NCBI GenBank assembly: GCA_050252455.1
Contig: JBFWKW010000002.1
Location: forward strand, 129,421 to 193,420
DNA length: 64,000 nucleotides
Direction: 5' to 3'
Origin: Campylobacterales bacterium
GTDB taxonomy: Bacteria > Campylobacterota > Campylobacteria > Campylobacterales > UBA6016
Part shown: positions 38,754-49,730 of the stretch, in pieces
Numbering within the stretch: position 1 is the stretch's first letter
Layout: every line of letters starts with the position of its first letter
Made by a program: the position numbers and the translations under genes
Notes under the pieces: model-generated
Told to the model about the DNA's origin: nothing
What the model saw: only the letters and a program-made list of their open reading frames with translations
The model's database searches: none

Positions 38754-39281
38754 ATGCTATCCCAAAAAGCTATTTTTCTGGACAGAGACGGTGTCATAAA
38801 CGTCGAAAAAGATTATGCCCACAAGATAGAAGACTTTGAATTTTTGCCCGGGGTCTTTGAGGCGGTTGAACGGTTTAACAAGCTCGGCTTTTTGGTGGTC
38901 GTCGTCACAAACCAATCCGGAATTTCAAGAGGATACTATACGGATGAAGACTTTTGGCGACTAACGGAGTATATGCTACTAGAGTTTGAAAAGCACGGTG
39001 CAAAAATAGCAAAAGTGTATCACTGCCCGCACGGTCCAAACGACGGCTGTGACTGCCGCAAGCCACATCCTGGAATGTTTTTGACGGCAAAAAACGAGCT
39101 AAACATAGATATGCAAAACAGCTGGATGATAGGCGACAAAGAGGGCGATATAGAGGCGGCTATGACCGCCGGAGTCGGGCACACGATACTTGTCCGCAGC
39201 GGGCACGGCATAGACGAAGCAAACACCAAGGCAAATTACGTCGTTAACGGTATTTTTGATACAATTAACGTAATTAAATAG
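38754..39281 (+). CDS. gmhB: D-glycero-D-manno-heptose 1,7-bisphosphate phosphatase
   Basis: FLDRDGVIN, VTNQSG, CPH...CDCRKP, MIGD. Confidence 0.94.
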   Translation: MLSQKAIFLDRDGVINVEKDYAHKIEDFEFLPGVFEAVERFNKLGFLVVVVTNQSGISRGYYTDEDFWRLTEYMLLEFEKHGAKIAKVYHCPHGPNDGCDCRKPHPGMFLTAKNELNIDMQNSWMIGDKEGDIEAAMTAGVGHTILVRSGHGIDEANTKANYVVNGIFDTINVIK

Positions 39282-39292
39282 GGGAATTTTAT

Positions 39293-40264
39293 ATGAAATA
39301 CATAGATTTAGACCTAAACGGGAAAAAGATACTGATTACGGGCGGCGCAGGCTTTGTCGGCTCAAACGTCGCATTTCACATCCAAGAGAACTATCCTGAA
39401 GCACAAATAGTCATTTTCGATGCTTTTGTCCTAGGTCATTTCAAAAATTTGCAAGGCTTCAAAGGCGAAGTAATAGCGGGTGACATCACGGACCCTGTAG
39501 CTATGCAGAGGCTAAAAGCGCACAAATTTGATTATATATTTCACCAAGCGGCCATATCCGATACGACGGTAATGGATCAAAAAAAGATGGTAGAAGCCAA
39601 TACCAACGCATTCGGCGACATCCTAGATATGGCAGTCGAGATGGGTGCAGATGTCGTGTACGCAAGCTCTGCGGGAACATACGGCAACTCTGCCGCTCCA
39701 AACTGCATAGGAAGCGGCGAAGAGCCTGAAAACGTATACGGCTTTAGTAAGCTGATGATGGACAATCTAGCGGCAAGATATATCAAATACCACCCAAACA
39801 TCAAAATAGTGGGTCTAAGGTACTTCAACGTTTACGGACCTAGAGAGTTCTACAAGGGCACTACGGCGTCAATGATACTCCAGCTAGGTCTCAAGCTCCT
39901 AAGAGGCGACGCGCCGAAGCTTTTCAAATGGGGAGAGCAAAAAAGAGACTTCGTATATATCGAAGATGTCGTACAGGCAAACATAAAAGCTCTTGAAGCC
40001 AAAAAAAGCGGCGTTTACAATGTAGGCGGCGGAGTAGCTAGACAATACAATGAACTATTCGGTGCGCTCACCGCTTCTATCGGTGTAGAGAGACAAATAG
40101 AGTACATAGACAATCCGTACAAATTCTTCCAAAACCACACGGAAGCTGATATATCACTAACGAGAGAATATCTAGGATATGAGCCTAGATTTACCCTTGA
40201 AGAGGGTATCAAGGCATATGCCGACGAGATAAAAGCAATCGCAAAAAGAGAATTCGGCGTATGA
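39293..40264 (+). CDS. hldD: ADP-L-glycero-D-manno-heptose 6-epimerase
   Basis: ITGGAGFVGS, HQAAISDT, YASSAGTYG, YGFSK, RYFNVYGP, RDFVYIED. Confidence 0.92.
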   Translation: MKYIDLDLNGKKILITGGAGFVGSNVAFHIQENYPEAQIVIFDAFVLGHFKNLQGFKGEVIAGDITDPVAMQRLKAHKFDYIFHQAAISDTTVMDQKKMVEANTNAFGDILDMAVEMGADVVYASSAGTYGNSAAPNCIGSGEEPENVYGFSKLMMDNLAARYIKYHPNIKIVGLRYFNVYGPREFYKGTTASMILQLGLKLLRGDAPKLFKWGEQKRDFVYIEDVVQANIKALEAKKSGVYNVGGGVARQYNELFGALTASIGVERQIEYIDNPYKFFQNHTEADISLTREYLGYEPRFTLEEGIKAYADEIKAIAKREFGV

Positions 40265-41706
40265 TAGAACTACTCTCTCGTAAACGCCCAAACATCCTAG
40301 TCGTCGGCGATTTGATGCTTGATAGCTATATGTGGGGTGGAGCGGATAGGATAAGTCCGGAAGCTCCAGTGCCCGTCGTAGCCGTGACCAAGGAGACAAA
40401 GAGCCTAGGCGGAGCCGGAAACGTTGTAGCCAATCTCACGAGTCTAGGCGCAAACGTATGGGTATCTAGCATCTTAGGCTCAGACGAAGCAGCAAAAATC
40501 ATCAAATCGGAATTTACCAGACTGGGTGCCGATGTAAGCGGTATTTTTGAAGACACCAACCGCACAACTTCACTCAAAACCAGAGTAATGGCCGGCTCTC
40601 ATCAGATAGTCAGGTTTGACAAAGAGAGCAAAGACGAGATAGACGGCGCAAACGAAGAGAAAATCTACTCTTTTGCCGCCTCAAACATAGACTCTTTCGA
40701 TGCAATACTGCTATCGGACTACAAAAAAGGGATAATCACCGATAGCCTATCGCAAAAACTAATCACTCTAGCAAACGACAAAAACATCCCAGTCCTTGCC
40801 GACCCAAAAGGCTCCGATTACACAAAATACAAAAATGCGACGCTTTTGACGCCAAACAAAAAAGAGGCAAAAGAGGCTACAAAAATCGACATCAAAGACG
40901 ATGAGAGCCTAGTAGCTGCAGGGCTAAAGCTTAAGCGTGAGCTAAACCTCAAATACTCGGTAATCACCCTCTCGGAGGACGGTATCGGTATATTTGACGA
41001 GGGCAAAACTATCAAACTCCCTACTCTTGCGCAAGAGGTGTTCGATGTGACGGGTGCAGGAGACACCGTGCTCTCCGCCCTTGGCATTGCTCTAGCACTA
41101 GGCGCAGACATCGTGGAAGCGGCGAAGTTTGCCAACAAAGCGGCGGCGGTAGTGGTCGCCAAAGTGGGAAGTGCGACGGTAACCGTACAAGAGATAATCT
41201 CCTTTGAAAACAAAGACGGCGCAGAGGACTACGAAGACAAAATAGTAAGCAGAGAATATCTGGCAAAACTGGTCAAAGAGCTAAAACAAAGCGGCAAAAA
41301 AGTCGTCTTCACAAACGGTTGCTTCGACATACTCCACAGCGGACATGTCAAATATCTCTCAGAAGCCAGAAAGCTAGGTGACGCCCTAGTAGTGGGGCTA
41401 AATACCGATGCAAGCGTGAGGGCGCTAAAAGGCGAGGGACGACCGATAAACAACGAAACAGACAGGGCTAGTGTGCTTGCCGCACTCGGATTTGTGGATT
41501 TCATCACGCTATTTGGCGAAGAGACGCCAAAAGAGCTGATAGACTCTCTCGTGCCCGACATCCTAGTCAAAGGCGCAGACTATAAACCCGAAGAGATAGT
41601 CGGCTACGATACGGTGACAAATAACGGCGGCAAGGTGATAACTATAGAGCTTGTAGAGGGTAGGTCAACGACAAAAACGATTGAGAGAATCAAGGCAAAC
41701 TCTTGA
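40261..41706 (+). CDS. hldE: Bifunctional heptose-7-phosphate kinase / heptose-1-phosphate adenylyltransferase
   Basis: RISPEAPVP, GGAGNV, DVTGAGDT, then FTNGCFDILHSGH and GRSTT. Confidence 0.95.
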   Translation: MIELLSRKRPNILVVGDLMLDSYMWGGADRISPEAPVPVVAVTKETKSLGGAGNVVANLTSLGANVWVSSILGSDEAAKIIKSEFTRLGADVSGIFEDTNRTTSLKTRVMAGSHQIVRFDKESKDEIDGANEEKIYSFAASNIDSFDAILLSDYKKGIITDSLSQKLITLANDKNIPVLADPKGSDYTKYKNATLLTPNKKEAKEATKIDIKDDESLVAAGLKLKRELNLKYSVITLSEDGIGIFDEGKTIKLPTLAQEVFDVTGAGDTVLSALGIALALGADIVEAAKFANKAAAVVVAKVGSATVTVQEIISFENKDGAEDYEDKIVSREYLAKLVKELKQSGKKVVFTNGCFDILHSGHVKYLSEARKLGDALVVGLNTDASVRALKGEGRPINNETDRASVLAALGFVDFITLFGEETPKELIDSLVPDILVKGADYKPEEIVGYDTVTNNGGKVITIELVEGRSTTKTIERIKANS

Positions 41707-42164
41707 AAATAAACCTCGGTAAAGCTCTAATCGGTGCGGTTGCGGCTATTTTTTTGGCTCCTGTCGTTTACTCCGTCATCATGGCGTTTGTCCCAGAAAA
41801 CGACAAAAGCGTCTTGACGGATGCACCGAAGGTGAGCGCTCTCAGCGGCGAACAGCTGTATAGCAAATGCGCCCCATGCCACGGCGACAACGGTGACGGC
41901 ACGGAAGCGTATCCGCCCCTTAACACCCTCACCAAAGAGAAACTCATGGAGCTGATAGCGGGCTATCAAGCGGGAAGCTTCGGCGGCGGCAACAACAAAA
42001 AGATAATGCAGGTGCAAGTCGAGGGGATAAGTCGTGAAGATGCCGCAAAGCTAGCCGAATATGTCACAAAACTAAAACCTAGACAAAAAAGCGAAAAAGA
42101 GTTGCAAGAGCTCAAAAAAAATAAAAAAGAACAACAAATCGACATAACGGGGATAAGCTCATGA
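41703..42164 (+). CDS. Membrane-anchored monoheme cytochrome c (c553-like)
   Basis: N-terminal hydrophobic anchor, CAPCHG heme motif, distal Met (KIMQVQ), Lys-rich tail. Overlaps the hldE stop (TTGA) and the gmhA start (ATGA). Confidence 0.8.
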   Translation: MKINLGKALIGAVAAIFLAPVVYSVIMAFVPENDKSVLTDAPKVSALSGEQLYSKCAPCHGDNGDGTEAYPPLNTLTKEKLMELIAGYQAGSFGGGNNKKIMQVQVEGISREDAAKLAEYVTKLKPRQKSEKELQELKKNKKEQQIDITGISS

Positions 42165-42724
42165 AAGAGATGATACTAAAAGAACTAGAGGGGCACCTAG
42201 CGACTACGCAAAAAGTGATAGAGACGCTAATGCCGTCCATCGAGCAAGCTTCCAAAATGGCGGTAGAGACGCTAAAAAGCGGCGGCAAAATACTAATATT
42301 CGGCAACGGCGGAAGCGCAGCAGATGCGCAACATATAGCGGCGGAACTAACGGGCAGATACAAGACTGAACGCCTTAGCCTAGCAGGCATAGCCCTCACC
42401 ACAGATACATCGGCGCTGACTGCTATCGGTAACGACTACGGATACGACAGAGTATTTGACAGACAGCTAGAGGGTCTAGGCAGAGCTGGCGACATGGCTA
42501 TCGGCATATCCACAAGCGGCAATAGCAAAAATGTCATCAGCGCCCTAGAGCTGGCAAAATCCAAGGGGATGCAAACGCTAGGACTTAGCGGTAGAGACGG
42601 CGGCGGCATGAACAGCGCATGCGAGCTAAACATCGTAATCCCATCATCCGACACGCCTAGAATCCAAGAGATGCATATCACTATCGGGCATATTATTTGT
42701 CAGGCGATTGACGATGCGTTTTAA
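42161..42724 (+). CDS. gmhA: Phosphoheptose isomerase
   Basis: [29 protein letters not shown]. Confidence 0.95.
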   Translation: MKEMILKELEGHLATTQKVIETLMPSIEQASKMAVETLKSGGKILIFGNGGSAADAQHIAAELTGRYKTERLSLAGIALTTDTSALTAIGNDYGYDRVFDRQLEGLGRAGDMAIGISTSGNSKNVISALELAKSKGMQTLGLSGRDGGGMNSACELNIVIPSSDTPRIQEMHITIGHIICQAIDDAF

Positions 42725-42725
42725 C

Positions 42726-42750
42726 AAGCCTATTTTTTAAAAATAGGCTT
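42726..42750. terminator. Perfect inverted repeat between convergent gmhA and DUF4424-like genes; possible bidirectional terminator
   Basis: AAGCCTATTTTT-T-AAAAATAGGCTT. It starts 2 nt after the gmhA stop and covers the opposite gene's stop. No clear U-tail. Confidence 0.45.
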
Positions 42751-43731
42751 ATCTACTTTGTCCTTATATGGCTCAAAAGATGAGTTTCTATCTATGTTTC
42801 CAAAATATATCTTTAGATCATGTTTTGGTTTGAAATTTTTTAATTCTACCTCATATGTCAAGGGGCTAGTTTTTTTGAAACTCCCCGGAAAACACAATGA
42901 AACAATCTCATCGGCTCTTCTTTTTCTCACTATTAACTTAAAATCTCTAATACCATCCTTCCATGTGTTTGCTGTCTTTAGAATATATTCAGCATAAAAC
43001 TCTCCCAAACCAATATATGGCAATTTTTTGGCAAGTCTGTCGAGTCTGTCAAGTGTTTCTTGGTCTGCGCAATACATACTTTTAATGTCATTTCTCGAAC
43101 TTACTAAGACCCCATCATCATAGTAGTTACAATAACCCCTGTTATAACTACCCAAAAATGGTTGGTACTCATGCGATATCTTTAGTGTTTGTTTGGCTTT
43201 GAATGTCTGTTTCCATTCATACCTCACATGGTTGTACCAAAGTGCCTCGTCCTGATTTATGCCAATTTTGGCTAGCAATTTTTTATAATTCTTCATATTT
43301 TTATCAAAATCATATGCAAATGCTATAATCTGATACTCACTAAAACCAATATTTTTAAGATTTTTAGTAATGTCTTTATTGCTGTTTTCAAATGATGTTG
43401 CTATTACTTTTGCTTCAAACTTTATCGGCTTACCATCTACAGAAACTTTAAAATTGGGAATAGTCCCAAAAAATGATGGATGTAACTCTGGGTCCCCAAC
43501 TAAATATACAGGCAAAGGAAACACGATAGTCTCCGTAATATCCTTGTCGCTTTCATTGACAAATTCATAATCTACTTTGATTTTGTCATAGCTGATGTCT
43601 AGCACCTCTTTTGCCATGGCTATATCATTTGTCTTACCGACGATAATACCGCCTGCCCCAATCGGTCCAAAGCCGTCGTTGGCAAACAAACCCGCCACGA
43701 CACAAAAAAGCGCAATAACAATCTTTCTCAA
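42730..43731 (-). CDS. Exported DUF4424-like protein
   Basis: Signal peptide (…AGLFA/ND), NDG..G.GAGG, I.M.KEVL.IS, V.YEF.N, FP, YILKTANTW, K.F.P..DL.I. Confidence 0.65.
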   Translation of the reverse strand: MRKIVIALFCVVAGLFANDGFGPIGAGGIIVGKTNDIAMAKEVLDISYDKIKVDYEFVNESDKDITETIVFPLPVYLVGDPELHPSFFGTIPNFKVSVDGKPIKFEAKVIATSFENSNKDITKNLKNIGFSEYQIIAFAYDFDKNMKNYKKLLAKIGINQDEALWYNHVRYEWKQTFKAKQTLKISHEYQPFLGSYNRGYCNYYDDGVLVSSRNDIKSMYCADQETLDRLDRLAKKLPYIGLGEFYAEYILKTANTWKDGIRDFKLIVRKRRADEIVSLCFPGSFKKTSPLTYEVELKNFKPKHDLKIYFGNIDRNSSFEPYKDKVDKPIFKK

Positions 43732-43732
43732 A

Positions 43733-44692
43733 TCAGCCTCCTAGAGTTTTTACGGCTTCCAATACATCCCCAGCCTCAATAAGCCTCATACAATCATGAT
43801 GTTTTAGCGGACAAGTCCGTTTTTTGCACGGGCGGCAAGCCATATCTTTTTTGATTACGGCGTAATGCGGATTGCCCCATGCGGCGGTCTCTTTCTCGTC
43901 GGTGGAGCCAAATATCGCAACGGTAGGCACCGCAAAAGCGGCGGCGATATGCATAGGTCCACTGTCGTTTGTGATGAATAGCTTTGCGGAGGCTATGAGG
44001 TCTATTAGCTCTCTCATCGCCGTTTTACCTACAACATTTCGGTAGTTTGTCACGCCATGCGCCCCCAGCGTCTCCTCGACTTGTGCGCCTATGCTAGCCT
44101 CATTTGGTGCTCCGACTATGGCTATATCATACTCTTTTGAAAGAGCGGCAGCCACTTCACCGAATTTCTTTGCATCCCATCTCTTTGCCTCACCGTACGC
44201 CGCACCTGGATTGATGATACATAGATTTTTTGGAGTGGCAGTCGAGGCGATATGTAGCTTCTCGGTTATCACGGAGCAAAAAGGCTTCACAAGCTCCAGA
44301 TAACGCAAAACCTGATGTATTTTTTTGTTCTCTTTTGGCGAATGGGTCAGAAATAGCGAGCGAAACTCTCTTGCGTAGCCTAGTCGCACTTTTGAGCCGG
44401 TGAAATACAACAAAAGCGCCGACAGTAGAGAGTTTTGGAGCGTAACGGCTATGTCAAAACTTCCAAGTTCTTTTGCCTTGCGATAAAGCCAAGCTATACG
44501 ACTTTTTGCTTTTTTGCTCTCATCTACCACTAGCCGCTCTACTCTATCATCACCCTCAAAGAGTGACAAGGCAACAGGGGAACCCACAAGAGTAAATCTT
44601 GCATCAGGATACGAGGCTTTGAGACTCTCTAACGCTGGGGTCGCCATCACGGCGTCGCCTAGCCAATTTGGGAGCCTAACAAATATCCTCAT
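43733..44692 (-). CDS. waaF: Heptosyltransferase II (GT9)
   Basis: RLPNWLGDAVMATP, NPGAAYGEAKRW, NDSGPMH, IFGST, CRPC. Confidence 0.9.
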   Translation of the reverse strand: MRIFVRLPNWLGDAVMATPALESLKASYPDARFTLVGSPVALSLFEGDDRVERLVVDESKKAKSRIAWLYRKAKELGSFDIAVTLQNSLLSALLLYFTGSKVRLGYAREFRSLFLTHSPKENKKIHQVLRYLELVKPFCSVITEKLHIASTATPKNLCIINPGAAYGEAKRWDAKKFGEVAAALSKEYDIAIVGAPNEASIGAQVEETLGAHGVTNYRNVVGKTAMRELIDLIASAKLFITNDSGPMHIAAAFAVPTVAIFGSTDEKETAAWGNPHYAVIKKDMACRPCKKRTCPLKHHDCMRLIEAGDVLEAVKTLGG

Positions 44693-45765
44693 AGGCTCTC
44701 CAATACGGCTAGAGTCTCTTCAAGGTTTCGCTCCATGCTAAACTCAAGCGACTTTGCCCTGTTTGCCGTCTTTACCTCGGACAAAAATTCACTATCGTCA
44801 AGAAGTCTATGAAGTATCGGTAATACATCCATATCTTTCGGATTTTTCATTACAAACTCACCCCCAAGAGCCTCACTAGCCCCGTTTTGTGCGGTAGTGA
44901 TGACGGCGCACCCTCCAGCCATCGCCTCAAGGCATACATTCGAAAAAGGCTCGTAACGGGTCGGGAACAAAAATATATCCGCCGCCGCATAAAACCTATC
45001 GGCATCACTTCTAGCGCCAGTAAAAATAGTGTTTACGCCTAGCTCTTTTGCCTTTTTTTGATAAGTAGACATCTTTTTTTCTTTGCCCACTATCACTGCG
45101 GCGTAGTCGTCTCTACCTAGCTTTGATAGAAGCTCCAAAAACTCAGCTACACCCTTACGAGCAAAGCCGCTACCCACAAACAAAATAATCTTTTTATCTT
45201 GCGAGATGCCAAACTCGGCACATACCGCCTCTTTGCACTCTGCCTCATCAAGCATGTTTGCAGACACGCCGTTATAGACGACCGATATTTTCAATGATTC
45301 AATGCCGTAGTGCTTGATGATATCGTTTTTGACAAAGTTGGAGTTTGCGATTATCTTGCGGGAGTTTTGGAATGTTCGTCGCTCTAGCCATAGATGCACT
45401 GCTTGCAGAGGGTTTGAGAATATCGCTAGTTTGCTCTCGCCATAGGATAGCCTCGTGTCCAGCCACGCCCTGTGTACGCCATCGCCGGCACGGTACACAT
45501 CGGCGCACGGCAATCTCTCCAGTGAAAAGAGCAATTCATCTTCTCTTTTTTGTTTGCAAGCGTAGTAGGCAAAGCTAAGTATTCGCAAAAACGAGGGTAA
45601 AAACTTTGGAGAGCTTATTTTGACAGCATTTTCATCGACCCAATTTGTAGAAAAAACACGGAAAGCCACTCCCTTATCTCTAAGGGCAATAATCAGCCTA
45701 GCAAGGTAGTTTTCTGCCCCGCCGTAGGGAGTGTATTTAAACCTTGCTAGCGTTATTTTTTGCAT
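44689..45765 (-). CDS. GT4 core glycosyltransferase, WabG-like
   Basis: [43 protein letters not shown]. Confidence 0.8.
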   Translation of the reverse strand: MQKITLARFKYTPYGGAENYLARLIIALRDKGVAFRVFSTNWVDENAVKISSPKFLPSFLRILSFAYYACKQKREDELLFSLERLPCADVYRAGDGVHRAWLDTRLSYGESKLAIFSNPLQAVHLWLERRTFQNSRKIIANSNFVKNDIIKHYGIESLKISVVYNGVSANMLDEAECKEAVCAEFGISQDKKIILFVGSGFARKGVAEFLELLSKLGRDDYAAVIVGKEKKMSTYQKKAKELGVNTIFTGARSDADRFYAAADIFLFPTRYEPFSNVCLEAMAGGCAVITTAQNGASEALGGEFVMKNPKDMDVLPILHRLLDDSEFLSEVKTANRAKSLEFSMERNLEETLAVLESL

Positions 45766-47092
45766 CTATTTCTCGTGCACTCATAGTCAGCAAAAATCCG
45801 ACTAAAAACATAAACTGTTCAAGCATGTGGTCACGAATCACACTATCAACTATCATACGAAAGAAAAAACCGGACGCTATAAAAAAGAGCGCCATACCAA
45901 AATAGCTACCGTGCTTTTTGAATGAGCTAAAACCGTAATAAATAAGAGCACCCAAAAATACAATCCACAAAATCATACCCGGCACTCCGGTGCCTACGCC
46001 TAGATCTATTATGCCGCTATGACTGTGTCCGCCACCCTCGCCGTATTTTGCTTTGAGGGCATGCCCGAATGCATTTCGTCCATAGCCAACGCCAAGTGGA
46101 TTTTCAGATATAAGAATCAATCCCTCTTTTATCCAAGCTTGACGCATATAGTTTGAGTGATTAACTTGTTCACCATTTGATAAAATTGGCTTTGGATATT
46201 TATCCCAATTTAGCCAAGCCTTGTATGTATGCGTATCAAGTGCAATTACGGCAGTCTCTTTGACGCTTTGCCATCTAGAATCGCTCTTGTATCCAATATA
46301 CAAAAAAGAGGCAAACACGGCTGTAGATAAAATCAAAATAATGCTTTTTTTTACAATAGATATTGAGCTAGCCGCCAAGATATATAGAAACAAAAATCCA
46401 ACAAAAGTAAAGATAAAACCTATAAAACCGAAGCGCATTGTCTCAAAGTATGACGACGCAACTGTTAAAACAAAAATAACACTAAGCAAAAAGTTATCCA
46501 TGGGAATAATCTTTTTGTTTTTAACGGCTCTGGAATAAATCTCCACTCCAATAAATGCCAAAGCCCAATTAGTGATATAGTTTGCCTTGTCCGGCCCTTC
46601 CGTCAAACCTTCAATTCTAGTAGGAAAAAGGCCTTGATTTGATACAAAATGCTTAATCGCAAACAAGTCTATATAAAACACATGAACAAAAATAGCACTA
46701 AGGAGTATAAAAAAAGCAATTTTTGTTTTTCTTTCAGCAATATTTGCCACCAAAAAACCAAGTCCAAAGCAAGCAAGAGCGCTAAGCCACTGCGTCAGTT
46801 CTTTTAATGCCCATGCCGTCTCATTGCTTATGACAATAGCCTGAAAATAAAACCATAGAGTAGCAACGCTCAAAATATAAAATATTTTTCTTTGGGCATT
46901 CGATAAAATAAATCTAGAGGCACCATTCTTGAAGCGCAGATAAGCAAATACAGATATCGCTAGAGCTGCAGCCATATTTCTAACAGCTATAGTTCCTGGA
47001 ATTGGCCAAAAAAACATTAATATAGACATAAACACCAATCCGGCATAGGCAATATTATCCTTGGAAAATAACCGCTTGAAGCCTTCTTTCAA
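45737..47092 (-). CDS. waaL: O-antigen ligase
   Basis: About 12 TM segments, periplasmic SN..R...GVGYG...HSHSG motif. Located in the core cluster. Confidence 0.78.
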   Translation of the reverse strand: MKEGFKRLFSKDNIAYAGLVFMSILMFFWPIPGTIAVRNMAAALAISVFAYLRFKNGASRFILSNAQRKIFYILSVATLWFYFQAIVISNETAWALKELTQWLSALACFGLGFLVANIAERKTKIAFFILLSAIFVHVFYIDLFAIKHFVSNQGLFPTRIEGLTEGPDKANYITNWALAFIGVEIYSRAVKNKKIIPMDNFLLSVIFVLTVASSYFETMRFGFIGFIFTFVGFLFLYILAASSISIVKKSIILILSTAVFASFLYIGYKSDSRWQSVKETAVIALDTHTYKAWLNWDKYPKPILSNGEQVNHSNYMRQAWIKEGLILISENPLGVGYGRNAFGHALKAKYGEGGGHSHSGIIDLGVGTGVPGMILWIVFLGALIYYGFSSFKKHGSYFGMALFFIASGFFFRMIVDSVIRDHMLEQFMFLVGFLLTMSAREIDAKNNASKV

Positions 47093-48342
47093 AGCCTTTT
47101 ATCCGCCTTGCCTTTTTCAAGGGTTCCTTTAATGTCATACACTACCGAGTTTTCATTTTTGAGACTATCTATGTCAATTGTCGCAAACTCTTTATGGGCA
47201 ACCGCAAGTACCACGGCATCATATTTACCGGACAGCTGCCCTACTAGCGATAGGCCGTATTCATGTTCGACTTCTTTAGCATCAGCCCAAGGGTCATACA
47301 CCTCTACGGCACACCCAAAATCTTTCAGCTCGTTTATTACGTCTATCACTCTTGAATTTCTTATGTCAGGGCAGTTTTCTTTGAATGTAATACCTAGCAC
47401 CAATGTTCTAGCGCCGTCAACTTTGTGGGATTTTTTTATTAGTAGCTTTACCACCTCTTTGGCAACATAAGCACCCATATTGTCGTTTATTCTACGGCCT
47501 GCGAGGATAACTTCGGGATGATATCCTAGGCTCTCTGCTTTAAAGGTAAGATAGTAAGGATCTACACCGATACAGTGTCCGCCGACAAGCCCTGGGCGAA
47601 ACGGTAAGAAGTTCCATTTTGTACCGGCTGCCGCTAGAACATCTAACGTATCTATCTCCATTCTATTAAAAATAAGGGAGAGTTCGTTTACAAACGCTAT
47701 ATTAATATCTCGCTGAGAGTTTTCAATTACTTTTGCGGCCTCTGCAACCTTGATAGACGATGCTTTGTGGGTACCTGCGGTTATGATAGAGCCATAAAGA
47801 GCGTCGACTTTGTCGGCTATTTCCGGGGTGGAGCCCGATGTGACTTTCAGGATTTTGGTAACAGTATGCTCTTTGTCGCCCGGATTGATACGCTCTGGAG
47901 AGTATCCGCAATAAAAATCTTCATTAAATTTTAGCCCACTGATGCGCTCCAATACGGGCACACAATCTTCCTCGGTACATCCCGGATAAACGGTACTCTC
48001 ATAGATTACTATGTCGTCTTTTTTAAGGGCTGCTCCGACCGTCTCACTAGCTTTAATGAGCGGTGTGAGGTCTGGGCGCTTGTACTCGTCTACCGGAGTG
48101 GGAACGGTAACTATAAAAACATTGCAGCTTTTGAGGTCATCTCTACTGCAAGAAAAAGAGAGATTTGTTGAGGATTTGAGATTTGCTCGATCAACTTCAA
48201 GCGTTCTATCATAGCCCTTTTCTAACTCGCCGATTCTCTCTTTGTTGATATCAAAACCGAGTACCGGATATTTTTTGCCAAACTCCACTGCAAGAGGCAA
48301 CCCCACATAGCCTAAACCTATTATGGCTATTTTTACGCTCAC
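47089..48342 (-). CDS. UDP-HexNAc 6-dehydrogenase (TviB/WbpO-like)
   Basis: [46 protein letters not shown]. Confidence 0.88.
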   Translation of the reverse strand: MSVKIAIIGLGYVGLPLAVEFGKKYPVLGFDINKERIGELEKGYDRTLEVDRANLKSSTNLSFSCSRDDLKSCNVFIVTVPTPVDEYKRPDLTPLIKASETVGAALKKDDIVIYESTVYPGCTEEDCVPVLERISGLKFNEDFYCGYSPERINPGDKEHTVTKILKVTSGSTPEIADKVDALYGSIITAGTHKASSIKVAEAAKVIENSQRDINIAFVNELSLIFNRMEIDTLDVLAAAGTKWNFLPFRPGLVGGHCIGVDPYYLTFKAESLGYHPEVILAGRRINDNMGAYVAKEVVKLLIKKSHKVDGARTLVLGITFKENCPDIRNSRVIDVINELKDFGCAVEVYDPWADAKEVEHEYGLSLVGQLSGKYDAVVLAVAHKEFATIDIDSLKNENSVVYDIKGTLEKGKADKRL

Positions 48343-49664
48343 TGCGCCACGCCTATCTGGTAGTATTCAAAGCCCAACTCTTTTAACTTGCCCGTATCAT
48401 ATTGATTTCTGCCGTCAAAAATAATTTTTTGCTTCATTTTTCCAGCCAACTCATAAAAATCAGGACTTCTAAACTCTTTCCACTCCGTCACTAGTATCAT
48501 AGCATCCGCGCCGCTTACCGCTTCATATTTATTCTCAACATACTCTACGGCAACATTTTTTAGATAGTGCTCTTTTGCCTCATGTACGGCCTTTGGATCG
48601 TATGCTACCACCTTGGCACCTCTACCTACAAGCTCTTTTATCAGCGTAATACTAGAGGCCTCTCTCATATCGTCAGTCTCCGGCTTAAAGCTAAGCCCCC
48701 ATACACCAAATGTAAGCCCCGCAAGACTCTCGCCAAATCTTTTTACCACCTTGCCCGGCAATACACTTTTTTGATCATAGTTTACAGCCTCCACGGCGTC
48801 GAGTATTCTCGGTGTATAGCCGTAATCTTTTGCGGTTTTTGCAAGCGCTTGTACATCTTTTGGGAAGCAACTTCCGCCGTATCCGCACCCAGGATAGATA
48901 AAGCTATATCCTATTCTGCTGTCAGATCCTATGCCGATTCGCACCTTGTTGACGTCGGCGCCGACTCTTTCGCAGATATTTGACATCTCGTTCATAAAGC
49001 TGATTTTTGTCGCAAGCATCGCATTTGCAGCGTATTTTGTCATCTCTGCCGAGCGGATATCCATCCCGATAAATCTATCGTGGCTTCTCGTAAACGGCGC
49101 ATATAGCTCCCTCATTACCTTCATTGCTTTTTCGTTGTCGGCACCTATCACCACACGATCCGGCTTCATAAAGTCTTCTATCGCCGCACCCTCTTTCAAA
49201 AACTCAGGGTTTGAGACTACGCTAAACTCTATATTTACACCTCTTTTTTGAAGCTGTGCATTTATCTCTGCCTTTACCTTGTCTGCAGTACCAACCGGAA
49301 CCGTGGATTTGTCAACCACGACGAGCGGTTTTGTTATGTATTCGCCTATGCTTTTTGCCACCGCAAGCACATATTTCAGGTCTGCACTTCCGTCTTCACC
49401 CATTGGAGTACCTACGGCTATAAAGCAAATCTCGCTATTTTCTACGGCGCTCTTTATGTCTGTGGTAAATTTGAGCGTCCCTAGCTTGTAGTTTTCTTTT
49501 ACCATATCCTCTAAGCCAGGCTCATATATAGGGATAATGCCGCTGTTTAGCTTTTCTATCTTTTTCTCATCTACATCTACGCAAACTATGCTGTTTCCCA
49601 TCTGGGCAAAACAAGTCCCGCTAACAAGACCGACATAGCCCGTGCCTATAACCGAAATTCTCAA
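48339..49664 (-). CDS. ugd: UDP-glucose 6-dehydrogenase
   Basis: [41 protein letters not shown]. Confidence 0.92.
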   Translation of the reverse strand: MRISVIGTGYVGLVSGTCFAQMGNSIVCVDVDEKKIEKLNSGIIPIYEPGLEDMVKENYKLGTLKFTTDIKSAVENSEICFIAVGTPMGEDGSADLKYVLAVAKSIGEYITKPLVVVDKSTVPVGTADKVKAEINAQLQKRGVNIEFSVVSNPEFLKEGAAIEDFMKPDRVVIGADNEKAMKVMRELYAPFTRSHDRFIGMDIRSAEMTKYAANAMLATKISFMNEMSNICERVGADVNKVRIGIGSDSRIGYSFIYPGCGYGGSCFPKDVQALAKTAKDYGYTPRILDAVEAVNYDQKSVLPGKVVKRFGESLAGLTFGVWGLSFKPETDDMREASSITLIKELVGRGAKVVAYDPKAVHEAKEHYLKNVAVEYVENKYEAVSGADAMILVTEWKEFRSPDFYELAGKMKQKIIFDGRNQYDTGKLKELGFEYYQIGVAQ

Positions 49665-49693
49665 ACCAAAACCTTAATTTAGATATTTGTTTT

Positions 49694-49699
49694 ATTTTA
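49694..49699 (-). promoter_or_regulatory. Candidate -10 (TAAAAT) for the ugd-waaL-waaF operon
   Basis: tgTAAAAT on the minus strand, about 30 nt upstream of TTG 49664 and its AAGG SD. Confidence 0.4.
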
Positions 49700-49730
49700 C
49701 AAAAAAAGCTATGAAAATGTAACCATGCCG

